Made by a program: the position numbers and the translations under genes. The notes under the pieces are model-generated. The model saw only the letters and a program-made list of their open reading frames with translations. It was not told the origin of the DNA and made no database searches. Positions 27,536-41,100 of a stretch of DNA of 64,000 nucleotides are shown one piece after another; position 1 is the stretch's first letter; each line of letters begins with the position of its first letter. Source of the stretch: the human T2T-CHM13v2.0 reference genome, Homo sapiens. The DNA lies in the NCBI RefSeq assembly GCF_009914755.1, contig NC_060929.1; one strand, 5' to 3'.

Positions 27536-28115
27536 ACTTTACTGATTTTCAACAGGGAAGAAAGGTGGATACCAAAATCCCAACTAGTCCCTAAAATATT
27601 GTTGAAATGTTTCATGTTGGCAACATTTATGAAGAAATGGTGGTCACTAGGATTAAACATGGATCTATTATGATCAAACCTCTACTGACTTCATTTCCTT
27701 ATACGATCATACAAATTGGAAAATACATCTGGCAGGATACCCTTATAAAACTGAATTGCCATCCACCTGATAGAGTTCCTTCAAGAAAAAGTCTGCAGTA
27801 AATAAATTAAGGGACCTTCCATCTTTAAGATTGTAAGACTGAAGGTACTATACCGTACTCAGGTCACACTTGGTCTCATTGATAAAGCTCAAGGGGAAGA
27901 GTTCCTGGTAGAGCAGCCTGAGGATCACAGAGTAATGTTTTTGCTGAAGGTAATTTTCCTGAGTCTCACAGGAAGATGAAAACAAAGATCAATGTTGATC
28001 CACCATGTGACTTTAAGTTTCAAGAGGACAGAAGTGATACCTGTTGGGTTCATTATTCACCTGGCACATAATAGGAGCTCATAATTATTATTAAATGAAT
28101 AAATATCACAGATTG

Positions 28116-28459
28116 CCTTGGTCCATTTGATACCAAAATATATAAACTGGTTGGCTTATAAATAACAGAAATTTATTCCTCACAGTTCTGGGGACTGGGA
28201 AGTTCAAGGTCAAGGCACCAGCAAATTCAGTGTTTGGTGAGGGCCTGTTTCCTGGCTCATAGGTGGCACCTTCTTGTTGTGTTTTCACATAGTGGAAGGG
28301 GCCTCTTTCGTAAAGCCAAAGTCCCCTTCATTAGGGCTCTGCCCTCTTGACCTAATCACTTCTTAAATGCCTCATCTTCTGACACCATCACCTGGGGTTA
28401 GGATTTTAACATATAAGTTTGGCAGAGGGGGGTGGGGCACAAACATGCAGCCCATAGCA
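28116..28459 (-). mobile_element. MLT1A-like MaLR solo LTR
   Basis: 'ggcttataaataacagaaatttattcctcacagttctgg...aagttcaaggtcaaggcaccagca...cacaaacatgcagcccatagca'. Confidence 0.88.
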
Positions 28460-29356
28460 CAAATTATTTTTTACTATACCTATTCATGAAAGCAAGGTTG
28501 TGGTCTTTACTCTAAGGATCCAGAAGGCTAAACTATACTTATTCCTTGGGTGAAAGTTTAAATTTGTAAAGTATTAGACAAGCTGAGAAAAAATTTCTTT
28601 GCTGCTTCTTTTGAGATTACTTACAAATAAGCAAAAACATATTATCCTCCAAAGATGCTACCCTGGTGCTCTCCTAGCAGTTGAACTACACTAAACACAG
28701 TTTTCCCTTCCTTGCCTGCTGCCACGTCAGTGTGGAAAGAAGGGCTGATGGTTTTTCCTTCTTCAGCACATGAGAGGAAGACTCAAGAACAGACATTCAC
28801 AGCGAATCCAGTCTGTTCACACACTCTGAGGGTCATGTTTTTGTGTCCCCACATTTTCAGGGCAGAGGAAGGTGGTGGGAAGCCTAGCATGACAATCAAT
28901 ACCAAAATTGCAACTCCATGATAAGAGATGCTGTCAACGTGGTAATGACTTGTTTAAACATTTATTAAACCACTTCACAACAAATAGTAACACATGAAGT
29001 GTTATCCTCACATTTCACAGCAACATCACTTCTAAGGAGAAAAAAATGCTAGCCAAACTGTTTTAAAATCTTCATCAAGATATTATTTAGTTAATATTTA
29101 GGGGTTTAATTTTTCCCATTTGTTCACAAAGAAAAAATGTTTCTATAAATGAATTTTGCAACCAAATGCAAGCACGGTTGTATTATTATTGCTAAAAAAT
29201 AAATATCTGAAATGGGGAAATTCAACATTAGAATATCTACAGTACAATAACGTTCACCTTCTTCTATGTACTTTTCAGGTCTTCTCTTCTTCATTGACTT
29301 TTAGAGATCATGAATTATAACAAAGTTATTACTGACACCAAAATGACAATTTATAA

Positions 29357-29562
<206 letters not shown>

Positions 29563-29799
29563 GAAAATTTTATAAAATACACTCTTATTAGTCATCCCTA
29601 AAATATTTCCATTCTCTTTCTATATATATTCTCTCAGAGAATGGGGTAGTCATCTATACATACATATACATTGTGTATATATTTATACTTTCATGTAAAA
29701 TATTGCTGGAACTGGTTAAAGAAAGTTATTGATAATGTAACATTTTAATGTCTATTTATTACCCAGTCATTTAGCTCTAGATTAGTTGAGATATATGTT

Positions 29800-30228
29800 A
29801 GCCTATTGAAGCAAGAAGCCATTAAAGTGCAATGGTTATTAAAGACATCAAGGTTTCGGTACGTAGTTCAGGACTGGAGTGGCAGCTCAATGGAGCTAGA
29901 GATGAAAAATCCTTCTTTAATTTCACTTTACTACCCACTAGGACTTGCCTGCCTGCAGTTGAAGATGGCTCAGTACAATGACCACTGGGTTCTCATTCCA
30001 AATGAGAATGTTGCAAGGAGGTATAAAGTAGCACGCCCTTCCTTTAAAAACATTATTTAGAAGTTGTTCACATTATCTCTCCTTGGCCTTTTTGATCACC
30101 TAACCACTTTAAACTGCAGGAGAAATTAGAAAATGTTGCCTTTGTTTTGGGCAGCTATAATTTGGAGGTTCTATTAATAAATTAAAAAAGGAAATAGATA
30201 CTGGAGACATCTACATGACTCTGCCACA
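29800..30228 (-). mobile_element. Old MLT1 (K/L-like) LTR
   Basis: 'aagatggct...cccttcctttaaaaac...aactgcaggagaaattagaaaatg...ggttctatta...ctctgccaca'. Confidence 0.6.
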
Positions 30229-30889
30229 CTCACTCACTTTTTGAATATTTGATATTTTCCTATTGGAACAAATACAATCTTGTTGTTACCATAGAAGTGG
30301 AAATGCTTTGTCTTCCATTAGCCAAAATACCTGATCCCAAACTTGGTGGAGCAGCTCTCCCTGAGAGACAGTGAAAACCCTTGTGTTTCATTGTTAAGAC
30401 AGATTATTCTTAGGGTGACACATCCTGATTGCAGATGCAAAAAGGTCTGACTTAACAGACTCTGGGTCTATAGAAGCCTGGATGTCAGCAATGAGCACCA
30501 TTCATAAATCTGTAAAGAAATGAGAGCAAGCTTCAAAAGGAGGCACACTTTTATGCAGAAGTTACTTTCAGGAGAAGATAACTTCCTTCCCTTTTTCTGA
30601 TAGATCATAAGTCACTAAACTGAGAGTAAGAGAGAAGTAGATACCTGCTGAAAGAACTCATCTGTTTCTTTGGACTCTGATTCTGTGGTAAGATCATGTA
30701 CCTGGTTAGTGATAGATGGGATGGCATCTACACCAAGCTGCCTCTGGCAACCTGCATCAGTAGAAATACAATGAGAATGCCCATAGGTCATTATATTGAT
30801 AATTAAATAATCCAATAGGGGATGGGAAGGAAAATAAATAAAAATCCAGTAAACCAGCAAATATTTTATTCACAATAAAGGCTTATATT

Positions 30890-31000
30890 TCTCTGCAATA
30901 TAAGCTCCCTGAGAATAGGAATTTTCATGTGTTATGCTTATTGCTGTTCCTGTCACACAGTAGAAACTAAAGAAATATTTATTGAAAGAATGAACAATCT
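30890..31000 (+). mobile_element. L2 3' end
   Basis: 'atataagctccctgagaatagg...aaatatttattgaaagaatgaa'. Confidence 0.7.
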
Positions 31001-31061
31001 AGTATCATATAACCACTGATGTATATCTGAAATACAAACTCTGCAAACCCTTTCCTTATGC

Positions 31062-31106
31062 TGGCTCTCCTTGGAGTGGCTCTCCTTGGAGCATCTCTCC
31101 TTGAAA
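31062..31106 (+). repeat. 15-bp tandem repeat, three units
   Basis: tggctctccttggag / tggctctccttggag / catctctccttgaaa. Confidence 0.9.
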
Positions 31107-32296
31107 TCAGTAGCAGCAGTGTCCAGATGTTATTAAAACGTTATTAAAACATTAATCCCTACAGGTGGCCTCCAGTGGTCCCCCAGTAGCTAGAGTACAG
31201 AAGGTCTCCCTTCTCCACAGAAGCAGCATGGGTCCATCTAATCACAGTTTTATGCCCCCCAGGAGCATTTTCCTTGTACTGTCTTACGATGTTTTATTTT
31301 CCATGCCACCTTCTTTCTCTCTTCCCACCTTTTCCATTTCTCTTTAGAAATCATAACTGGCCTAGTCCTTCTTTCTTACTTACCACACCCATAAGATTTA
31401 AAAAATAGAAATTCCTCTTAAAATAATGAGTAACTCAACACTGTGAAATTCTCTAGATAATTCAGCAGTCTCCTGATCACAAACTGTATCCTATCTACCC
31501 AATTGTAAAATTCCCAATTCACTACAGAAACTCATGATGAATTAGAAAAAGCAAGTTGTAAAAGTACTGTGGGGTTAGCTCTATTCAGGAAAGAAAATGA
31601 AAGCAATAAGGGCAAAACAGAAAAAACAAAAACAAAAACAAAAAAACTAGCACTGTGCATTGATACTGTTTTTATAATAATAAAAAATCAAAATTGTTGA
31701 GTACTTTGTCATTTACACAATCCACTGGTACACGTAATTAAACTGAGGCCCAGTATTTTTAAGCAGGTTCTTCAATATTATGTAACTGATATACCTTGGA
31801 ACACAGAACTAGACTCAAGTCCTCTGAGTCTAAATGTTATGTTCTTATCTATACATTGTGTTACTTCTAAAAAGATTAATATACATTCAAAAATCATTAA
31901 AAAGCCTTACATCCTCTGGCAGGCCAGTACATTTACTGAATATAACAATTGTTTAAAATCATGGTATTGTAGCTTAGTAATTTATCTTCATCAGTTGAAA
32001 GGTATGTTAGAAGTAATTTAACAATAATAAGATGCCACTCTTCAGGCATGAACAATGGCTACTTTTTCTATAACTTAGAGCAGATATCCTTGTCACCCAC
32101 ACTCATTCACTTGCATTCCAATATGCCCTTTTAAAGGAACACAAAATTAGTGTAATGATAGCTATCATTATCAGGCCAGCATTTGTACAGAATTTTGGTT
32201 CCACCAATGAGAGTGCACCTCAAAGGGAAATAGCATTTTTGTGTATGTCATTTATGAGAACCTCTGGGTCAAAAAAAAAATCTAAGGTTACAAATG

Positions 32297-32331
<35 letters not shown>

Positions 32332-32335
32332 TTTT
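32297..32335 (+). repeat. (TATT)n microsatellite
   Basis: Directly visible. Confidence 0.92.
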
Positions 32336-34552
32336 ACTGGTCACAGACTACACCAGCCACAGTACAAAGTTGTGCCTTTGGGTCATAAGTGGGACCAGTG
32401 AAGATCTGGGGTTAGAAGAGACCTGGGGCTGTTATTGGAAAAGAGAACCAATGTAATCATCTCTGTATATAAATGCCAACATCTTGCTTTTGGTCACATT
32501 TACTATCATGACCAAAGGAGTAGGAAAAACTAGAAAAAAATTAAAAGAACAGGACTCAGCCTCCATTAGCCAGTACAAATGCCATTTCTCTGTAATCTTC
32601 TAGGTCTATAACAGGCAATTCTAATTGATTGCTCCTTTCTCCCATGTTCTGTACATACATTCAATACTATAATAGTTATTGCTCTTGTAATTATTCATTG
32701 CATTTTTGTCTTCTCCCAAACCCAAAAACTCCTTAAGGGGAAGAAAAATGTTTTATTCATTTTTATGCATCTATAATAGGTACTCATAAAATGTCTATTT
32801 AATATGAATGATTGATTAGGATTGGAAAGTAGAACTTATGTTCTCTTTTAAAAAAGCACTGGGAATTTTTCAAGATGTGGAGTGGTCAAAATAAGGGTAT
32901 TTTTTAATGAATGACTACTATGACAGATACAGATAGTAATCAAACTCTTGTCTTCACCAGAAAAAAATAACAGTTTTATCAAAGTGATATTTATGTTACT
33001 CTTTGTGACAGGTTAAAGGTTTTCAAAGGGACCCAGAGTTAAATGGCAAGTTGTAGGTGGGAGGCAGCCTTTCACATCTACATGTACTCTGATATGAGCT
33101 GCCTGCCCTCTCTCCTCTAGTAAGGGATGGAAGTGGGACTCTTGTGAGGGCTGGAGTTCTCAGGAGATGGAATGTATTGGGAGTAAATGATGCTGGGAGA
33201 TGGTAAGGGATATAGAGCTAAGGAAACTCAAAGGCCAAGTCATTGACCAAGTGATTTAGGACATAAAGGACAATTTTATCGTCAAACCCAAGAGAGTAGT
33301 GATGAGATACAAAAAGAAAGATGAAGAATGACACCCTATGAGGCATCTTGGGACTTTGGGCAGAATGAAACTCTCTAAAGTATCATGCGAATTTAAGTAT
33401 AAATTTGTAAATATGTTTATATAAAAATTTAGGACAAAAATAGTGAAAACGGGAATAACACTAGTCAAGGGAAAATACAGCAGTTTTTAAAGCCTCTCTC
33501 TTAATGGTCTACATGAGTTTTTGTGTAACGTTTGTTATACAAGCTTTTACTCATCTAACAATGGATTTTTATAAACATTCAGTTTATTTTTTCATGTCAA
33601 TCTTCTAGATCATTTAATTGATATTCAAGATATGCCCCAAATGTTATGGACCGTTTTTTCAACTCTGGGTGGATAAACAAAAGTCACTTCATCATGTCAC
33701 ATGTTATGAGATCCAATTTTCTAAAGAATTAAATCACAGCATTTATCTGACTTCTGTCATTATAGGAATATAGTCTAGGTCATATTTGTATATGTTCTTC
33801 TCCCTTCAGTGCACTGCTGCCTGTATTCAATTGTAAGCTTCCTACAGGTAGTATCTGTAAACAGTCGCTGGTTATCTCTCATCTGTATGGTCTTCATGGC
33901 ACTTGGCTGTGAGGACTCAAACAGTGCTCTTTGAACTGTGTATAATCACTATTTCTATATTTTCTCTAGCCATGCTGAAAGTTTTGCCATGGAAATAAAT
34001 TCATTACTTTTATTCTTAAATTAGGTTGTCTGATACAAGAGATTTTCCAGGCTCCTTCATTTATTCATTTATTGAACAGATGTTTGTTAAGTACCTTTTT
34101 GTCTTAGCCATAGGTCTACATGCTGGAGAAACAGCAATGAACCTCAAAACAATTCTTGTTTACATGAATTTTATATCTACTAGTGGCAAAAGGATTTTAA
34201 AAAATTATAAGTATTTAGTATGTTGACAAGTACTACAAATTTTAAAACTGTGGTGGCAAGTCTATTATATAGAGTGTAGTCAAGGAAGGTCTCACTGATA
34301 AAATGACATTTCCCAGAAAATAACAGTTGTATGGGAATAAGCCATGTGGTTGGTTGATATAAATAAATAAATAAATAAAAGATATAGGTCAAAGCAAAAG
34401 CCTGGGCAAAACCTATGAGGCAAAAGCATTCTTGATGTGCTCAAGAAACAACAAGGAGACCAGTGTGGAGCAGAGTGAATAAGGGATAAGATAATAGAAC
34501 ATAAAGACAGTGAATGATTTTGCACTTACCAGTTATTATGGGGCTTCATAGG

Positions 34553-35215
<663 letters not shown>

Positions 35216-36389
35216 ATAGGGCTTTGGGTTTTACGTGGAATCGCATGGAAAACCACTGGAGGATTTTACGTAGAGGGTTTACATGGCTGCTCTGTTGAAA
35301 ATAATTTGTAGAGAAACAAAACACAAAGACAGGGAGAACAGGTGGGAGGTCATAATAATAATCCAGGCAAGAGATTATAATGACTTTGGTAAGAGTGGCA
35401 GTAGTAAAAGAAAAAGTGGTAAAATTATAGATTTTTATTATATGCTTAAAGTAGAGACAAGAGGAGCTCCATATAAATTGATTTCCATGTGTGTAAGGAG
35501 AAAGATGACAGCAAACACTTCGGCTGGAACAGTAAGAAGAATGGAGTTCTACAAGCCTTGAGACTGAATCATACAGGTAAGAGAGAAAGTGTAGGTAAAG
35601 AGGTATAATGCAAGAGATTTCAAAGACTGTGATATTTAGAAGTGGCCAGAGAAGTAGAAATAGAAGTAAGAGAAAGTGATGTTTTTGAAGTCACATGAAG
35701 GAATTATTTTTAAAAAGAAGGCATAATTGTGTCAAACCAGATGAGGATCAAAGATCCATGGACGTAGCAAAATGGAAAACATTGGTACACTTAAATAACA
35801 GCTACTCTTGATGGAGTGGTTGAGCTAAAATTCTATTGCTATGGGAACAGGAGAAAATCAGAGAAGACCTAGATACAGTGTGTATTGATAGCTCTTTTGA
35901 AGGCTTATGTTGTAAAGAAAGAGAGAAGAGAAATGGAGAAGAAACTGGAGAGGGGCATGTAATTAAAAAAAGAGGGCTTTTTTTTTAGTAGGAAAATCAC
36001 CTAGATGAGGTTCTAGTGAACATTGGAGGGGTTGCATAGGAGCACAGTTAGCTGATTTACATTAAGGAGAGGGAAGGTGAAGTATATGGGTGGGTCTCCA
36101 TGCAGATGGGATGGTAGATGTGGTGGTGAGACACTGGGAACAATATTTTCAGATTGCTTCTATAATTTCAGTGAAATATAAATCAAGATTATCAGAGACT
36201 GAGTATGAGGGAGAGTTTGATTCTTGAGAAGAGGGTAGAAGTATTGGGAAAAATGAAACAGACTAAGGAAATGTGGGTCTGCCTGACAGCACTGTAAGTC
36301 TAGTGGAAATGGTCATGAACTTAAAGTGCAATGAGTTAGTATAGATTTACCCTCAGTTTAGCTGCTGAGATGCAGGCACAAAGCAGGCA

Positions 36390-36580
36390 GAGTTTAAATA
36401 CTGCTTCACCACTTACAAGCTGTGTGTTCCTGGAGGACTTACTTAACTTCTCCAAGCTCCTATTTTCTTATTTATTTTTACAGGTGTGTTGTAAGACTCA
36501 AATGAGATAATATATGTATACTGCAGTAATTAGGAGCTCAAACACTGGAATTAGTCTGATTGAGTTTAAATCCTGATTCC
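36390..36580 (+). mobile_element. MIR with rearranged segment order
   Basis: The MIR core/3' part (ccacttacaagctgtgtg...aaatgagataatatatgta) is followed by the MIR 5' part (gtaattaggagctcaaacactggaattag...gagtttaaatcctg). Confidence 0.7.
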
Positions 36581-38149
36581 TAAAAGAGAGAGGGACAAGG
36601 GAAATGCAGGCATATGCAAAGTAATGTTTATAATTACAAACCATGGAATCTAAGCTGTTTAAGGAGGAAAATAAGAATATGAAATCAGATAAGAGAGGAC
36701 AGTGAACACATGATTGAATCAGTTGAGCTTGTTTTGGAGTCAGCTTACTAGCTAGAAAAATAGAAGGTGGTCACAAAGTAGAACACTTAAAGCTGAGATT
36801 ATGGAAGGAGTGCAGTAATTGATAGAACCTTGAAAACAAATGTCTCACATAAGGTAGAGGAATAGATTAACAAAGAAGAGGTCAAGAAGCTCAATGTCAA
36901 CAAGTGTCATTCATGTGGTTATTGAGATCCCTAAGAAGTATGATGGGAAGTGGTGTTGGTAAGAATGACAATGAGGCAAAGCTAAAAATACTAAAGGAAT
37001 GAGTGCATTCTGTAAGTGACTGCAGCAAGGAAGGATGTACGGATAATCTCATGGCAGCATTTTCAAAGACAGGGAAATGTTAAGGAGAAATATGGGAAAA
37101 AGAAGTGAGGAAGACACCACCTTACCTTGAAGCCTAGTAGTACAAGAAATGCAGGAGAAAAAAAAAGTCCCCGCTTCATAGAGATCAGAGCAAATTTGAA
37201 CTGCCTAGTTTCCTAAGACTCAAACTTCATGTTCCTAGATCATAAGCAAGCCAATCAATTCTGCACTTTGTAGGAATGCACTCTACAACATCATTCATCC
37301 CCTATATTACAGCATTTTGCTGCATCCTTAGAGGAGTCTGTTGCAAATAAAAGGTCAACACATGTAATAATGGAATCAAAAGAGTGTGAAAATATGCAAT
37401 AGGGCATCCTCAGAAAAATATTCAGAGTAATTAACTAAGTACATACCTGAAGTTAGCATTAATAGTAGGATAAATATAAAACACTATTTTCTTTTAAATA
37501 GTTACATTTTTCTGGTCGTTTCCAAATTTTTTTACATTGATATAGAAATCATTGAAGGAAAAACTTATAGATATTATTTTCTCTTTATTACAGAGTATGT
37601 GTGAAAATACATATATATTTTCTATAATATATGTTTGATATATATGTACACACATCACTATAATTAGTAATTAGAAACTATTACAGGAAAATATATTTCA
37701 ATAATATATATTCTCTATGGTGTGTGTGTATATATATGTACACACACATGCACATACCCCATTCCTTTAACATGTTATTTTTGAATGCAAAAATCTATAA
37801 ATACATGAATAATAATTCTTTAAATTTAGAATTTTAATTTTTTTTTATTTTTGTGGGTACAGGAGCAAGGTTTCACAATTCTAAATAAAGACGAGATCCA
37901 CCACTTGCATGACTCTGCCTCACTCACGTTACCCTAATCCCCAGGCCTGGTTTCAATAACAATTTATTGACAAATATAGGCAGCTGACCTGCAAGCCATA
38001 GTTTGCCAATTTGATTTTTTAAATATTGCATTAAAATATTATTTAAGTTGATTACTGAATTTTTTATACCCTCTCGAACTTTATGCTTGAAACATGGGTT
38101 TAACTCACATCATGCTATTCCAAGACTGTCAGAAATTTTTGAACAAATA

Positions 38150-41100
38150 ATAGCAAGATGGCTAAATAGGAGCTTATACTCATCATATTGCCACAGAAAT
38201 ATTAATTTTGATAACTATCCAGAGACAGGAATATTTCTCTGAGAACCTGGGGTTCCAGTGGAGAGAGTCCCTAACCCTATCCTAGCAAATAATCTGAAAA
38301 TAAACACACTGAAGGGGTAAGAGAAACAATTGCACTTATCTGTGTCACCTCTACTGCAAAGTGGCACAGCTCAAGAGAGACCCCCTTGGCCCATGGCTTG
38401 TCTTACGGGGAAAGTATAAACAGAGTGGGCACTGTAATTATCTGTTCTTATGCTCCTATAAGGACATACCTGAGACTGGGTAATTTATAAAGGAAAGAGG
38501 TTTAATTAACTCACAGTTCCACATGGCTGGGAAGGCCTCAGGAAATTTACAATCATGGTGGAAGGTACCTCTTCACGGGGTGGCAGGAGAGAGAATGAAT
38601 GCCAAGTGAAGGGGGAAGTCCCTTATTAAACCGTCAGATCTCAAGAGAACTCACTCACTATGATGAGAAGAGCAGGGGGGAAATTTCCCCATGATTCAAT
38701 TACCTCCCCACTAGGTCCCTCCCATGACATGTGGGGATTATGGAATTACAATTCAAGATGAGATTTAGGTGGAGACACAAAGCCAAACCATATCAGGCAC
38801 TCAGCCTCACTAGCCTTGCAGAATGCTGTCCAAGAAGGTCACTTACTGTCTTGCCCTACTCAGATTACTGAGGAGACATGCACAACAGAACAGCCTGAGA
38901 AGAGTAGTGCAAAGAGCAAGGAAAAGGGGCAGGGCTCACAGCAAATGACACATGGATCTCAAAAACTGCCCACAGATCCCAGTAACTGGCTTATAGACTT
39001 CACCAAGAGACCCACCCATGAATTCCATGGGATACATCACCTGTAGCTACCCCTTGCTGGCCAGCGTGTGCTCCAGCTCTCTGTACATTTCCTCAAAACA
39101 ATGCACATAGCCACTATAGGAGGCATTGGCAAATCCTTGCAGATAGTACATGAATATAAGCAGCTGGCTCAACTGTGCAAGATTGGGAGAAAATGCACAA
39201 CTGTGAACACTTAAGGGGACTTTACTGGAGAAGGAAATGAAAGGCTGTCAGCATTCAGACAGACTTTGTGAGAACAATAAAAAACACACAATCCTAAGAC
39301 TCTCTTCCCAAAAGAGGAGAAAAAGAGAAATGGGACAAGCACACAAATACATAATGCCCGAGAGACTCCCAGTACTTCTACGCAGACTGGTGAAAGTCTT
39401 TCTTTGTCTCTCAAAGCCTGTTAGTAAAGACTAGAGAAGGACATTGCTTCTTCAAATGCAAAAACAGCAACACAAGATTTTAAGAAAAACGAAGACTCAA
39501 AAACATAACACCACCAAAGAAAAAATATCAAGTTCCAGTGGCTAACCCTAAACAAATGAGGATTTACGAATTTCGTGACAAAAATAACCTTTTAAAGAAG
39601 TTCAGTGAGCTACAAGAAAAAAGACATAGACAAGAGTACCAAGAAAACAATACATTAACAAAATTAGAAATTCAATAAAGAGATTAGAAACTATAAAAAA
39701 GAGCCAAAAACATTCTGGAGCTGAAGAATGCAATGACTGAAATTAAAAATTTGATAGACAGCTTCAACAGCAGACTCAAGTAAACATAAGGAAGAATTAA
39801 ATAACTCAAAGATAGATTATTTGAAATTATCCAGAGGAGCAAAAAGAATGAAAATAGTGAAGAAAGGCCGTATGACTTATGGGTCACCATTAAGTAAAAC
39901 AATGTATGCATTATGGGAATTCCAGAAAAAGCAGATAAAGAAAAAAAGGAAGGAAGCATATTTTAAAAAATAATGACAGAATGATTCCCAAATCTGGGGA
40001 GAGAAATGAACATTCAGACCCATGATGCCCAAAGAATTTCAAGTAGGCTGAATATCAAGAATTCTTCACCAAGACACGTTATAATTAAATGTCAAAAGTT
40101 AAAGACAAAGAGTTTTGAGGCAGTAAGAAAAAAGCAACTTGTCACATACCAGGGAACCTCCATAATACTATCAGCAGATTTCTCAGAAGAAACCTTGCAG
40201 ATCAGGAGAGAGTGGGATAATAGATTCAAAGTACTGGGGGAAAAAATTCAACTAGGAATACTTTACCCAAAAAACTATCTTTCAGAAATAAAGGAGAGAT
40301 AAAGAGTTACGCAGACAAAAGCTGGGGGAGTTAATTATTACCAGACTTGCCTTCCAAAAAATGCTAAAGGGAGTTCTTAAAGTTGAAAAAAAAAAAAAAA
40401 GAACACTACATAGCAACATGAAAGCATATGAAAATATAAAACATCCTGGTATAGGTAAGTATATAGTCAAATTCAGAATACTCTAAGACTGTAATGGCAA
40501 TTAATAAAAACCTTTTAATGATAATATAAAAGTTAAAAGACACAAGTACTAAAAGTAGCTGAAGCTACAACAATTTATTAATGATGCACATTATAAAAAG
40601 ATGTAAATTGTAACATCAGTGAAATAAAATGTGTGTCGGGAAAATAAAAGTGTAGATTTTTTGTATGCCATTGAAGTTGAGTTGTTATCAGGTTAAAATA
40701 ACCTATTATGACTATAAGATGTTTTATGCAAGCCTCATGTTGATAACAAAGAAAAATCTAATAGATAGATGAAAGATTAAGAAGAAATAAACCATAACAA
40801 TATAAAAAAGTCATCAAATCCCAAAGGAAAACAGCAAGAGAAGAAGGAACAAAGAAACTATAAAACATTCAGAAAACAATGAAGAAAATCACAATAACAA
40901 GTCCTTATCTATTAAAAAATGCTTCAATTACTTTATATGTGAATGGATTACATTTCCCAATCAAAAGATACAGAGTGATGGAATGGGAAAAAAAAAATCC
41001 ACCCTACTCTATACTGACTACAAGAGACTCACTTTAACTTTAAAGATACACATAGGCTAAAAGTGGAGGAATGGAAAAACATATTCCATGCAAAGGGTAA

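Noticed and set aside
30214-30233. 19/20 match to 37908-37927 (catgactctgccWcactcac)
   Set aside because: One such match among all position pairs in 64 kb is not far from chance expectation, and it does not extend.
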